From Octopus sinensis (taxonomy: Eukaryota), in contig NC_043001.1 of NCBI RefSeq assembly GCF_006345805.1, positions 79,980,001 through 80,044,000 of the forward strand: DNA of 64,000 nt, written 5' to 3'. The notes beneath the pieces are model-generated. The model had not been told where the DNA came from. It saw only the letters and a program-made list of their open reading frames with translations, and ran no database searches. Below are positions 39,050 to 53,620 of the stretch, piece after piece. Numbering within the stretch: the stretch's first letter is position 1; every line of letters starts with the position of its first letter. A program made the position numbers and the translations under genes.

Positions 39050-39608
39050 GATATATATATATATATATATATTATATATTATATCTGTATGTATGTATGT
39101 AAATATGTATGCATACAAATACTTAAATGCATAACTATACATGCACACAATCGCACACATTCACACATCTCTATAAATACATATATACGTTTATGTGTGT
39201 GTGTATACACACACATGAATATCTAAATATACATTGATACGTACTTGTATATGTATGTATATATTCATATATTCATACATGTACATATAAACTTATATAT
39301 ACATGCATAACAAATGTAAAGAAGGTGAACAAGATGAAAACGATGAAGGAGAAGAAGAAGAAGAAGAAGAAGAAGAAGGAGGAGGAAGAGGAAGAGAAGG
39401 AGGAGGAAGAAGAAGAGAAGAAGAAGAAGAATAAGAAAAAGAAGAAGAAAGAAGAAGAAGAAGAAGAGAAAAGAAGAAGACAATAATACTACGAAACACA
39501 AAAATACTGTCTTAATTTTACACACCTGCAAAAAAGGAATAGGCGACCCTTTGTACTTCACGTATACCCACACCACACACACTCACATATATATACATAT
39601 ATATTATA

Positions 39609-39666
<58 letters not shown>

Positions 39667-39920
39667 AATACATATATATATATAGATGCAAGCATACAGA
39701 TTTAATGTTATATTGTTATATGAGTGCATATATATATGCATATATGTATGTATGTATGTATGTATATATATATATATTATATATTATATATATTTTATGT
39801 GGACATATACCTATATTATATACATCCATACATACATATATAACATACATACATACATTATGCACCCATATACAATATAACATTTTACATCTGTATGCTT
39901 GCATCTCTATATATAATGTC

Positions 39921-39951
<31 letters not shown>

Positions 39952-40593
39952 TATAGATGCAAGCATACAGATGAAAATGTGATATATGGGTGATATATGT
40001 TTTGTATATATATATATATTATTGTAATAATTATATATTATATACACACATATATACACAATTATATATACATATATATATGTGTGCATATGTATGTATG
40101 TATATACATGTATGTACGTATATAAATATATGCATATATACAACTATGAATCTATGTTTATATTTATATGTATGTGTGTGTGTGTGAGCGAGAGAGAGAG
40201 AGAGAGAGAGAGTAGCTGTACATAGGTAGAAACGGTAGTTGGTATGTTTGCGTGTAAATATCTATGTAAATATAGACATATATTTGTCTATACGTACATA
40301 CACAGGCAGGCTTATAAGCGTATGCGCGCGCACGTCTCTCTGTGTGTGTATGTGTGTGTGTATGTGTGTGTGTGTGTGTACGTGTGTAATTATCTGTCTA
40401 TTCATAAACGATGGGATACAAAGAGCGCTATGTCTTCTTTACATCGAAACTTAACATTTACTTATCTATACGGAATTTCAATGGGTTTCCTTCATTTCAT
40501 GAAGCTGTATCAGTCTATATGTCATATCATATAATTTGAATATGATATCAGATATATAAATATGTGTGTGTGCGTGTGTATTGTGTGTGTATG

Positions 40594-40629
<36 letters not shown>

Positions 40630-40907
40630 CTATATATATAATATATATACATATATATATATATATAATATATATAATATATATATATATATATATAATA
40701 TATATATATATACGTGTATGTATTGGGTTGAGTGTGGGTGTCTATATGTGTTTGTATGCTTATGTGTATTTTCTTTAAAAATATACACATGTGGGTACTT
40801 ATATATCACGCATATATACCTATTGATGCTTATATACACACACATGCACAAACACACACATATATATCTATCTCATGCTTACATACACTTAAATAATATA
40901 TAATATG

Positions 40908-40953
<46 letters not shown>

Positions 40954-41149
40954 TATATGCATGTATGTACGTATGTGTGTTATGTGTATGCTTCTATTTT
41001 GTATATATACGTATGCTTATGTAACAATATATGCATACCTATTTATACATGTGTGTGTGTGTATAAAACCGTTTATGCATTCTAGGAATGATCTTGTAAG
41101 TTGTTCACGTGCAAGCTGGAAGAGGAACAAATAGATAACATGATAAAAC

Positions 41150-41650
41150 CCACGGATCACTGACCGACATATTAGAGGAAGAGTGCGTCGGGAAAAAATC
41201 TACAACTCCAGATAGGAGTGGAGGAGAAGCCAACCCCACCTTCAAAGACTAAGAAAGGCGTACTGAAGGCAAACAAATTTGAGACATGAAGGTGGCTGAG
41301 GAAGGAAACATTTTTTTGTAGGTCAACTGAATATCCCTGAGGCCTGTGTTAGTTCCATCTGAAGACAGGCGCTGGGTAGTTGCCTCGAGATGAGGAAATC
41401 ACGGAACTGGCGGCCCAGTTCTAATCTACATATACTATGATTTGCTGCCACCAAATAAATACAATAGGGAGCCAATGTATTGATTTGCCTGAGGTCTATA
41501 ATGCTGCAAAGAATGCTCTGACCGGGACATAATAATATGGCTTGAGGTGGGTATGAAATCGTTCATATTGAACTGAGGATCGCATGGAAGGTAGATGTAA
41601 GAGGCTTCTGAGAAAAAAGTTACCGAGTACCAGGATCTTGTACAATAACA
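41150..41650 (+). mobile_element. Decayed RLE-domain LINE fragment (HERO/NeSL-like)
   Basis: DRDIIIWLE...IELRIAW...EKKVTEYQDLVQ resembles RPDI..W....ELT.PWE...ERK..KY.EL; frameshifted. Confidence 0.45.
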
Positions 41651-41819
41651 ACAGGCTATCCGTCTCTTACGTTGACTAGCGTTCCAGTTGATCGCTCGTG
41701 TAATTAGCATGTAAGTGGCTGAGTATTCCACAGACACGAGTATCTTTAATGTAGTCCTCAGGAGGATTCGGCGTGACAAAAATTGACAGGGCTGACCATT
41801 TTAGCACATTTTTGCCTTC

Positions 41820-41935
41820 TGAGTGGCCTGGAGCAACGTGAAATTGCTGAAGAACACAACGTGCCACCCAGTTCCGAACTCGCGACTTTATGGTCATGAG
41901 CCATATATCCTATCCACTAAACCACGCGCCTTCAC
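41820..41935 (-). mobile_element. SINE head fragment (family of 31779-32041); another at ~59250-59430
   Basis: ctggagcaacgtgaaatt...aagaacacaacg...ccactaaaccacgcgccttcac. Confidence 0.65.
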
Positions 41936-42660
41936 TAGCACAGTAATGAAAACATAGAGTAATGTAGAACATAAAGGGTGAAAGGTCTGGGTGTTTGAAC
42001 CTGAGGTGCGCACATACTCTGTAGGTGATAAATGACAGTTCCCTAGAAGTGGCGGAATTGCAGCCAGCAGTAAGTTGGAGGAAACTATAAAAAGAACCCG
42101 TACCTCTTGCTGGCTCTAAGAGAAACAAAATGCTTGAACTGAAAAACAGGATATGATAGAGAATAACTGGCCAGCAATGCTGTACTGCAAATATGAGAAA
42201 GTTTTAGTGCACGAGTGAAAGATCAAATGAGAGTTGGACACCACCCATTGTTTTCTTCTCTAGGGCGAGAGCTACACTCATGGTTATAAAGGCCTGGGGT
42301 ACCAACATCGCTTATATTTGTGTTACAAAGAGAGAAAGCGAGAGAATGTATGTGTATGTGTATATGTGTGTATGTATTTGAATATATAAGTGCATACTTA
42401 TATATGTGTGTGTGTTATTGCTTAATGTTATGTTTGTCCCTCACCACAGCTATACATTCATTTACGTCCCCATAGCGAAGTACTTCGGTAAAATGAGTAC
42501 TAGGCTTGCAAATGAGTACTAGGCTTGCAAATAAGTACTGGGTTCCTTTTGTTCAAAGTTGCCACGGCACGGTCGCTATCCAATGATTTTAACAAGTAAT
42601 AGGTAGAAGACAAAAGATAAAACAAAGAAATACACACACACAAATATAATATATATATGC

Positions 42661-42691
<31 letters not shown>

Positions 42692-42868
42692 GGTGTATCT
42701 ATGTATACGTATGTGTATGTATATATATATGTATATATATATATACATATATATGTGTGTATATATATATATATAACGTGTTTGTGTATATATGTGGTGA
42801 ATGTATGTGTGTAACACATATATGCATACACACATGCCACATGCGTGCGCGCACATACACGCTTATAA

Positions 42869-42918
<50 letters not shown>

Positions 42919-43045
42919 TATATATTTATATATACATATACATATATATACCGCACACACACACACACACATTATATATATATGTGTATATGTATGTATA
43001 TGTATAGATATATATATATACATATACATACACACTCACACACAT

Positions 43046-43079
<34 letters not shown>

Positions 43080-44051
43080 GCTACATACATACATACATAC
43101 ATACGTACATGCGTACATGCATATATATAAATATGTGTGTGTGTTCGGAGAAGGAAAAGAGAGGAGAGGAGAGTATGCGTTTGTCTGTGTATATATGTGG
43201 AAGGGGGCTTTAGTGTTTTCGAGCATGTATGTATATGCGTAAGTAACTCGATATTTATATCCATTATTTTAATATTTATCTTCTCATGTGAAACCAAACT
43301 TTATCACAATACGTTGATGTCTTTATGTATAGACTCTTATATGCGATAAGATATAGTTTTTGTGCCAAATAATCTTAGTGTGGTGTTAAAGTGCAAATAC
43401 AACAAATGAATTTAAAGAAAAAAAATTGTGAAAGCCACGAGGGTAAATAAATATATATATAAATGCTGAATAAGCCCTCAAAGAAAAGCACAAAATTATG
43501 AGAAAAATTGTTCGATTCCAATATTCCAATCTATGCGTCCTCTTTTATTTCAAGAATTTTTAAGACTTCTCAGTCTTTCAGTGATTCTTATATTAAAATT
43601 TTTTGCCCAGTATTTCTCTACATAAAGAATTAGAAAATCGAAAGTAGATAACAAATAAAAGATAAATGGATGGTTTTAATGCGTTTTTTTTAAAGTTTCT
43701 ATACATATATATATGTACGTACATTTGTATGTTTGTACATATGTATGTATACATATATGATGTATGTATGTATTTATGCACGTTTGTGTGGGTTTGTATG
43801 ATAGAGAATTGAGCAGAAATGGCTTTGTGTCTGTACGTATGTGTGTGTGTGTTTGTGAGGGGTCTGTGCACTCGCACGTTTGTGTTTGAGTTTAGTTTGA
43901 TGTACATTGTACTGTGAGATATATAGATATATATACATACATATACATGTATATATATATCAAAATATAAATGAATGCTTATACACACACACATATATGA
44001 TTTTTCTATGATGTGAACAATATATATATACATACATATATATAAACACAT

Positions 44052-44085
<34 letters not shown>

Positions 44086-44456
44086 GTATTTATATTTATG
44101 TGTGTGTTTATATATCTACACACACAACATACATATATGATTTTTCAATAAGTATAAACAATATATGTATACATATATATATACACACACATACACACAT
44201 ATATATATACATCCATATATACATATTTATGAGTGTGTTAATATATATACACATACAACATACATATAATGCATTTATACTTTCATATATATATATAACA
44301 CTTTATCTTCACAAGTGTACATGCAAATTCACATTTGCACACATTCAAACATATGCACACACACACAGACACATTCACTGACATATACACACACGCGGAC
44401 ACAAGCACGTATGAACATTTAATAACGCATACATCTCCTCGGCATGCATATATATT

Positions 44457-44569
<113 letters not shown>

Positions 44570-44929
44570 GTATGTATGTATGATGTATGTATGTATGTGT
44601 ATGTATGTATGTATTTATTTATGTATGTATGTATGTGTATGTATGTATGTATATGTATGTATGTATGTATGTGTATGTATGTATGTAGTATGTATGTATG
44701 TAGTATGTATGTATGTAGTATGTATGTATGTAGTATGTATGTATGTAGTATGTATGTATGTATTATGTATGTATGTATTATGTATGTATGTATGATGTAT
44801 GTATGTATGTAGTATGTATGTATGTATTTATTTATGTATGTATGTATTTATTTATGTATGTATGTATGTATATGTATGTATGTATTTATTTATGTATGTA
44901 TGTATGTATTTATTTATGTATGTATGTAT

Positions 44930-46540
44930 GAATGCATATGTGTACATTTGTATGTTTTCTTTTATGTATGTGATGTATGTGATAATTGCATATCTAGATA
45001 TGCTCATATATACTTCTGGAAAGATTTGCAGACTTTTACAGTTCATGAGATGGACTGGATCTGTAGTTTTCGAATTGCTTTCTCAAGATTGGCTTTTAGG
45101 CAGTATGTTATATATCCCAGGACCCCAATAATTACAGGTATACACCTGTATGTATGTATGTATATGTATATGAATGAAGTAGTAAATATTGGTATGTATG
45201 CATGTAATTTATGTACGTATGTGTATGCGTATGTGAGTGCGTGCATATGTGTGTGTATGGTGGCGGTGGTAGCAGTAGTAGTAGTAGTAAGTTTTGTTAC
45301 TGTTTAACCCGGAGATCGTTTATCGACATCTAGAATATCTGAAACTTCCTTATCCAGTATGTTTTTTTTTTCTTCCTTCCGATACCAAAAGAAGATTAGT
45401 GTGGTTTAAAGAATGTTTGGCTGTTATTTCATGCAAGTCAAACGAAGGCACTAAGTTGCTGGTGAATCACACCAAGCCAACCCCTATCCAACAAAACCCA
45501 CTGAGAACGAATCACATTGAGCTGTCGTGTGTAAAAGTGAAAGCCTTAAGTTAGGAACACGGGAGATTGACATAAGAAGTGTTGGCGGTTGGCAGTCAAG
45601 CCAAGAAAGAAAGATTATGGATGCCTCCTTGTTTATCTCCCCTGTACTTTTCCCTTTGTCTCCGATTCTTTTTCTAATCCTTCAATCCCGCTGCGCCTAC
45701 CTCTCTCTTCTCTTTCCACGTGACCGGTGTCCGGCCAGCCATGATCTTCCTTTCTTTGCCTGATTGCCGACTACCAACACCTCTTATGCCCATCTCCTAT
45801 GTTTCTGCCTTAAAGATTTCACTTTATACACACCAGCTCAATTTGATTTGTCCTCAGTCGAAAGACACCTTTTGTTATATTCTTGTTGCTTGTATTTGTT
45901 ATTGTGTACCTTGTTCTCTGTTTTTGTCTTTGTTGCCGTACACATTTGCTAGCTTTCTTACAAAAAAATCTAATGTTCTTAACTTAGAATTTTAGGGGGA
46001 AACCAGACCGAAATGTTTCAAGTGCAATTGTCCGAAACTATAAGGACATATGGTGACTTGACTGAAGAAAGAGGACCACGAATGAGCCGTCTTTTTTTTC
46101 CACTCTAACGGTTACTCTTCTTGTCCGCCTTTGTATCGTCTATTTGTCCGAATATTTTATTGACCTCTATTGCATTTTTGTTCCATTTTTTACATTTATA
46201 TGTACATATAGCGGCGTACGTACAGACTTGTGTTCACCTGTATATATATATATGTATGTATGTATATGTATGTATGTATTATGTATGTATGTATTTATTT
46301 ATGTATGTATGTATGTATGAATGCATATGTGTACATTTGTATGTTTTCTTTTATGTATGTGATGTATGTGATAATTGCATATCTAGATATGCTCATATAT
46401 ACTTCTGGAAAGATTTGCAGACTTTTACAGTTCATGAGATGGACTGGATCTGTAGTTTTCGAATTGGCTTTCTCAAGATTGGCTTTTAGGCAGTATGTTA
46501 TATATCCCAGGACCCCAATAATTACAGGTATACACCTGTA
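44930..46540 (+). repeat. 221-bp direct repeat (44930-45150 and 46319-46540) enclosing ~1.17 kb that contains a repeat related to 477-1321
   Basis: The two copies appear identical apart from a 1-nt indel (cgaattgc vs cgaattggc); both are flanked by (TATG)n. Confidence 0.9.
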
Positions 46541-47099
46541 TGTATGTATGTATGTATGTATGTATGTATGTATGTATGTATGTATGTGTGTGTGTGTCTT
46601 TGTGTTTGTGTTTAACCCAGCATGACTTAACTGGTATTGGTGTGTACACGTCCTTATGTACTCGCGATTTAGTGGTTCGTCAAACAAAAGAGATCGATAG
46701 AGTAAGTACTAGGCTTAAAATGAAGATAAATCCTGGGGTCAATTAATTCGACTAAAAGCTTTCAAGAGAGTGCTGACTAAAGCAAGTAAAAAGCAAGTAA
46801 AAAGTAAAACATACCAGTGATTCACATCACTCAACTCTTATCCAACAAAACTATGATCAAAATCCCAATATAACCATCTCATCATATTTAGATGCAGTAA
46901 TATTTTCGATTTTTTAAATAAAGAATGCAGTGTCTTGGAAAATTGAACTGCTATTTCTAGCACGTCGACTGACCCACTTCGTAGGGGCTACCTCATTGGT
47001 TCAACAGATTACATCTATGACTGTGTTAATGGCGTAGGTATTCGTTAATAGAATTTGCTTTAGATATTGTCCTGATTGTATCAAGTTTGGTATCAGTGG

Positions 47100-47660
47100 T
47101 GTGGTAGATGGAAGTCATGAATGGTCGGGAAGATGGTAGAGATGAGACGGTTAGTTATGGAAGTGGGGACGGTGTTTGGATGGTTATATTATGGTTGCGA
47201 TGGAGGAGCTGTGATGGCAATAAACAGGGCGCCGCTGACGATGTTGATGATGGTGATGATGATCATCATGGTGATGATTAGGATGATGATGATGATGATG
47301 ATGATATTGATAATGATGACGATGTTGATGATGATGATGGTGGTGATGATGATGATGATGATGATGACGATGATGATGATGATGATGGTGATGATTACCA
47401 CGGCGCCGATAATGATGACGATAGTGGTGCGATGGAGATGACGATGGTAAGATAATCATGATCATGAAGATGATGATGATGTTGGTGGTGGTGGTTAGTG
47501 GTATTGATGGTTGCTCGTTGGTGGTATTGGTGGTGGTGGTTGTTAATGGATGATGGTGGGGATGCTGCTGCTGCTGCTGATAATGATGATGATGATAACC
47601 ACGTGATGATGACGATGACGGAAACTGTAAATAGCTGTGATACTAATGTGATCCATTCGA
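47100..47660. repeat. (GAT)n/(GGT)n low-complexity tract
   Basis: Direct inspection. Confidence 0.9.
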
Positions 47661-47914
47661 AAATAAGTGCAGACGAGGAGTGACAACCTCTCTCTCTCTC
47701 TCACACACATACACACATACACACGAACACACATGCGTGCTCACACACACACACATATACATATCAGGCTGAGTCAGCTCCATGTGATTTCAGATTTGGA
47801 GGGTAATTAGGACGAACTCATCCGATTTCTGATGAGATGAGTTCCTGCAATGATCTCAGACAATTTCAAGTCATATGTAAATGAGTTAAGCACTGTTATT
47901 AGCAATATAATTTA

Positions 47915-48149
47915 CAGTAATCCATCGACTATCGCGGGTGTTACGTTCCAAAATCTCCCGCGATAAGGGAAGATCCGTGAAGTAGAAACAGTACTGTATT
48001 GTTTATTTTTTAATTATTTGTATAATTTGTATATACTTATTTTATTATACATGCAAAATAACACCATGGAGGAATCGACCAAAGCTTAAATGATTAACCG
48101 CGATAGGTGAACCGCGATAGGTGAACCGCGATATGGCGAGGGATTATTG
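47915..48149. mobile_element. Tigger/pogo-type MITE with TA TSD
   Basis: TA|cagtaatccatcgactatcgcgg ... ccgcgatatggcgagggattattg|TA, with an internal 14-bp tandem of gaaccgcgataggt. Confidence 0.85.
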
Positions 48150-48232
48150 TATATGTAATTACCACCAAATGTGTTAACTGCCACTTTCTTTCGTTTGTCC
48201 TCTCACTTCTCTATCCATCTATCTATCTAACC

Positions 48233-48282
<50 letters not shown>

Positions 48283-49178
48283 TTATATGTCTGTCTGTCT
48301 GCCTGTCTCTTTGTCTATCTATCCAACCATCTATCTACGCATGCATGTATGTATGTATGTATGTATGTATGTACGTATGTATGTATGTATGTATGTATGT
48401 ATGTACGTATATGTGTATGTATGTATGCATGTATGTATGTATGTGTGTATGTATGTATGTATGTATGTATGTATGTATGCATGTATGTATGTATGTATGT
48501 ATGTATGTATGTATGTATGTATGTATGTATGCATAGGTCTGTTAAAATAAAAAGGAAATATAAAACTCATTATTATAAAGTCATTCTTCGTAATAATTAG
48601 GAGGATTAGAAGTTCCAATTTGAAATTAAGAAATGCGGAAATAACATGCAGAAAATACATATATTTTATTGTTGCTTACTTCTGAGGATGTTCCTAGACT
48701 TTCTGCTTCGCTGAATACGTGTATAGTGTTATTTCATTCCTTTCAAAAATCATCAGTATTACATAACTTGAGATACATTAAGCAAGCATTATATGAAACA
48801 GCATATTGCTTATAGAGGGAAAATATATAGTGTGCCGAACTAATTCGTGAGATATATAGTTTTACTTGTTTTTTTTCTCTTTCCTTATAGAATGTAAGCA
48901 GCTTAGCAATCGGGAACAAAATATGTAGTGTGCGCATCATTAGAATATATATGTAGACGCACAAAGAGACACTCACACAAACACACACACACACATACGC
49001 ACACATACACATATTTATATTCACGTAAGATCGTTATCTCCCTTGTCAATATACGGACACGTAGTTCGTTGTTGTTCTAAGGGTTCCTTAACTCTTATTT
49101 CTAGCAATGTAGGTCTCAGTTAAAGACAACTGAAGCTTTCCATTTTGATTTTGTAATGAGTACAGCCACCTTCGTTAT

Positions 49179-49210
<32 letters not shown>

Positions 49211-49214
49211 CACA

Positions 49215-51105
49215 CAAGAGGAAGTACCTAAAAGTAACCGGAAACTTTCACTGTGAGACAAGCCTATAGTTGTTCTGGCCTAGGCCGCAAGAAGCTACTT
49301 TGTGAAGCCCCAGGGTTTAGTTTGCCGACAGGCGCCGTACGCTGCGGTCGTACTGCTACATGCTGCGTTATTGTTAAGTGGTGCTTTTCCCTTCTTCGTC
49401 GATTTTTTCGATGACTGAAACGAAGAAACAGCGGGCTTCTGTTAAATTTTGTTTTCTGCTGGGGAAAATGGCTGCCGAAACAGTTGCAATGCTTTAAACA
49501 GCTGACAAGGACGCTGCCATAAGCAAAACACAAGCTTTACAAGTGGGTGGTTTCCACGCTTTAGGAATGGTCACTTGTCGCTTGAAGACCAACCTCGTTC
49601 AGGACGACTGTCGACATCCCGAACGAATGAAAACGGCATAAAAATTCGTGAACTGATCTTTGAGGACCGTAACCGAACGATTGATGAACTTGTTAATATG
49701 ACTGGTGTGTCCTGGAGCCCCTGCCACCGAAAAGCAGTCACGACTGAATGCGCGACGTGAACTGAAAGAACAGCTGGAATCTGATCCGAACTTTTTTCGA
49801 AGATCATCACTGGTAACGAAAGCTGGTGCTACGGAATTTGTAGATGTGGAAGAAGTGAAGAAAAAAGGCATTCCTTCGCAAGAGTTCCAAGACTGCTTCG
49901 AACAGTGGAAGACACCCCTGGAATGATGCATGGCTTCAAATAGAGAATACTTTGAAGGCGATAAAAGTGTTAACATGTAAATCTAAGTGAATAAATTATT
50001 AGTTTGTTCTGAAAATAATGGCCACTCTAAGTGTTGTGTTTTGAAACAATTTTATCATATTTTAATTATATTTCAGCATACTTAGTAATTGATATATGCT
50101 CTTTAATAATGTTCTACGTATTTCAGACAGAAAACATTCTTGAATCATAGACATGTATAAATATAACGATAAAGAACCTTCGCTTACTTTTCTTGCATGA
50201 GATACAAGCTTGGGCACAATGCCTCCTAAACTGCTGCCAATATCAACAGAGCTTGTGGAGAAGGGTCCACAACTGATTGCACAGTACGAAGGTGGTTTCA
50301 GAAATCCTGTAGTGATGAGATCCTTGAAGAGGAAAAAGGCAGAGGTCTGTCATGCAGTCTTGACAATGAACAATTAAAAGCAATTGTTGAACAAACCCAC
50401 ATCAAAGTGTCAGAAAAATATCTCAGGCACTTGGTGTCGGTATTGCAACTGTCTAACGCAATCTGCAGACGATTGGTAAGGTGCAAAAGCTCGATCAATG
50501 GGTACCGCATGAGCTCAATGAAAATCAAAAGTTCGGTGGTTTGAAGTGTGCTCGATGCTCTTTCTGCGAAACACCAACGATACTTTTCTTGACCGAATAG
50601 TCACCTGTGACGAAAAGTTGATCCTTTATGGTAACCGTAACCCATCAGGTCAATGGCTTGATCGTGATGAGTCCCCTAGACATTTCCCAAACCCAAATTT
50701 GCATCAGTAAAATATCATGATAACTGTCTGGTGGTCTGCAATTGCTGTTATCCATTACAGCTTTTTGGAAACCAATCAGAGCATTACAGCAGAGGGTTAC
50801 CGTAATCAACTCGCTGAAACGCATGCTCCTGCAAAAAGTGAGACCTGCATTGGTGAATCGGCGTGGCCCTATTCTGCTCCAAGTTGATGCAAAGCCACGT
50901 GTTGCAAGACTGAAGCTGCAGAATTTCACAGACTTTGGTTACATCTTCCATTTTATCCTTTCCTTTCACCCACTGACTACCATTTTTTAAAGCATTTAAA
51001 CACATTTTTAAGTGATAAAGCTTTCATGTTCAAGCTTTCAAAGATTTCTTAGTATCCGAAATCGGAAACATTGCAAAATTCCGGCTTCTTTTGGGTATCC
51101 CTTCA
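49215..51105 (+). mobile_element. Internally deleted mariner (outer element) with both TIRs
   Basis: KQRASVKFCFLLGK..AETV, LEDQPRSGR, IITGNESWCY, FQDCFEQWK...EYFEGDK. The 5' TIR gaggaagtacctaaaagtaaccggaa matches the reverse complement of 51077-51105. Confidence 0.85.
49999..51070 (+). mobile_element. Second mariner (Hsmar1/SETMAR-like) nested in the 3' end of the first
   Basis: TIR-like tattagtttgttctgaaaataatgg; KLGHNAS, TVRRWFQK, KLDQWVPHEL, RIVTCDEK, MITVWWS, LVNRRGPILLQVDAKP. Multiple stops and frameshifts. Confidence 0.9.
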
Positions 51106-51383
51106 TATATGTATATATATGTACGATTGATACACAGGCGCACATGCACACATGCACACACACACACACACAAAGGTTATATATATATATGTGCGTGTCC
51201 CTTTATCTTCTCTACGACCGCTTCTTCTGGTGACTATTGGTTTGGGAATAAAGTGAGCATAACCTGAGCGCGCGAAGCAGTTGCACATATATATTCACGT
51301 TATGAACTTTACATTTTTTATTTATATTAACTCTGCATAAATATACACATACATACATGCATGTATAAAGAGATAGATAGATA

Positions 51384-51456
<73 letters not shown>

Positions 51457-51461
51457 CAGGA

Positions 51462-51493
<32 letters not shown>

Positions 51494-51579
51494 GAACTTA
51501 GCTCTGACCCGTTGAGCCACCAGGAAAGTTTAATTTTCCTTGCAACGGAATTTTGCTTCGTGGGTCTTTTCTTTTCCAG

Positions 51580-51691
51580 GTTATTGCGCATGCTTTCAAT
51601 GAAAGCTTCATTCATGCAACATGTGGCTCCTTTCTCCAGAAAATGAAAGATTTGGCTGCTATTTCTTGCATACCATGCTATCACGTAACAG
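51580..51691 (+). CDS. Isolated candidate exon (112 bp)
   Basis: Acceptor gtcttttcttttccAG, donor CAG|GTatta, open frame VIAHAFNESFIHATCGSFLQKMKDLAAISCIPCYHVT. The 3' part overlaps a repeat-derived hairpin, so it may be spurious. Confidence 0.25.
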
Positions 51692-51764
51692 GTATTATGG
51701 ATCCTTTATTGCAAATAGCTGTTACGTGGTAGCAGGGCATGCTAGAAATACCAGCCAAATCTTT
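51646..51764. repeat. Imperfect hairpin with ~45-bp arms
   Basis: aaagatttggctgctatttcttgcataccatgctatcacgtaacag ... ctgttacgtggtagcagggcatgctagaaataccagccaaatcttt. Confidence 0.85.
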
Positions 51765-52383
51765 GGAGGTGAAATACATTGAATGCACTTGAAAAACCTG
51801 ATGGAAAATATATTTCACTTAGTGGTTTTCACGTTAATATATTTTTAAATATGCCAAAGAGCATTTTCAAATGGTATCCACTGAAAATAATTTTAAAAGG
51901 TATTAAAATATTATTTGTTTAAGGAAAGCTAAAATATAAATGCCTACTGTACAAACAACTTACATTTTTGAAATCACATTCACTTAAATATATTTCTAAA
52001 TGATTAAAATATTATATTTAACAAAAGCGAAAATAGAAACATTTACTGTAACAAACAAATAATATTTTTTCGTTGACAAGTTACTGTGTCTTATCGAAAG
52101 GTTAGAGTTTCTTCCCTTTCAGGATGAAGTTATATTCGGAACATGTTCCTATTATGCACTATTTTTTGTACTTATACCCTTAAACCCCGAATATCTCAAT
52201 AACTACTGTTCCCATTTATGTGAAGCTTGTTTTATTCAGTTCGTATTAACATTTCAGGGGTTAATTGATAAATAGTATGTACCTATTATGGGCCAGTTTG
52301 GCTGTGTAACATTGCAAGCAAGCACGATTGAACTTCACTTTTATTAGTAGATAGGTAGATAGATAGATAGATAGATAGATAGG

Positions 52384-52472
<89 letters not shown>

Positions 52473-53124
52473 CGATCGATAGATAGATACAAAGATAGAT
52501 AGGTAGCTAGGTAGGTAGAGGGGTGAGAAGAAAGAAAGTGGCATTGAATTATTATATTTTTAATGACTGTGTTTGACTTGGTTCCATTTGACTTAAAATT
52601 CTCTGAGGTTATACGAGGAATCCATGTCATAAGACATCGGATGTGTTCCTAAGCGACAACAAAATATTAAGTCATATGGTGCTTAGTCAATCTGTTATTG
52701 ATATGTGTGTGTGTGTGTGTGTGCTGTGTATGTATGTGTGTATGTGTGTGTGTGTTTGTGTGTGTGTGTGCTGTGTATGTATGTGTGTATGTATGTGTGT
52801 GTTTGTGTGTGTGTGTGAGTATGAATGTGTCACGTTTCGCCAATGGTCGACTGTTACGAATCTGCTTATGAATCCGATAACACAAGAATTCCTTTTACTC
52901 TTACGCTGTCACACCCCTTAAATATCCGTATTAAATACTTCCCACGATCCTTGTAACCGAGAACTCCAACCTGGTTCAATTCCTTCCCTACCCAAATGTT
53001 TCTGCAGATATTGACATATAATTTGTTGCAAATGAGTGTGGCAACATTCACCGCTTCAATCAGAGAAGAGATGTAAAGGTCAGGGAGAAAGCCACACCCC
53101 TTCCGAGGAAAATACCCAAAACTG

Positions 53125-53277
53125 TATGATGATGATGATGATGATGGTAGTGGTGGTGGTGGCGGTGGTGGTGGCGGTGGTGGTGGCGGTGGTGGCATTG
53201 TTGGTGGTGTTGGTGTTAGTGTTGGTGTTAGTGGTGGCGATGGGGTTAGAGCTAGTGATATTAAAAGTGATGATGAA

Positions 53278-53310
<33 letters not shown>

Positions 53311-53429
53311 GATGGTGGAGTTGTTGGTGGTGATGGTGATGGAGTGATAGTGATTCTAGTAGTGGTGGTGGTGGTGGTGGTAGTAGTAATGGTATTACAG
53401 ATATTAATGGCAGCTGTGAAGGTTTATGT

Positions 53430-53464
<35 letters not shown>

Positions 53465-53620
53465 GAAATAATTATACTCATTGATGATTGACGATGTTGT
53501 TAAGAACGGGTACAATGATGATGACGATGCTAATGAGTGATGACGATAATGATAACGATGATAACGTTGATGACGATGATGATGTGGAGGGGGAGCAGGA
53601 ACAGGGGCAGGAAGAACAGG
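53125..53620. repeat. (GAT)n/(GGT)n low-complexity tract
   Basis: Direct inspection. Confidence 0.9.

Noticed and set aside
47814-47844. 9-bp hairpin with CTGATGA in its loop
   Set aside because: No GAAA or helix arrangement compatible with a hammerhead.
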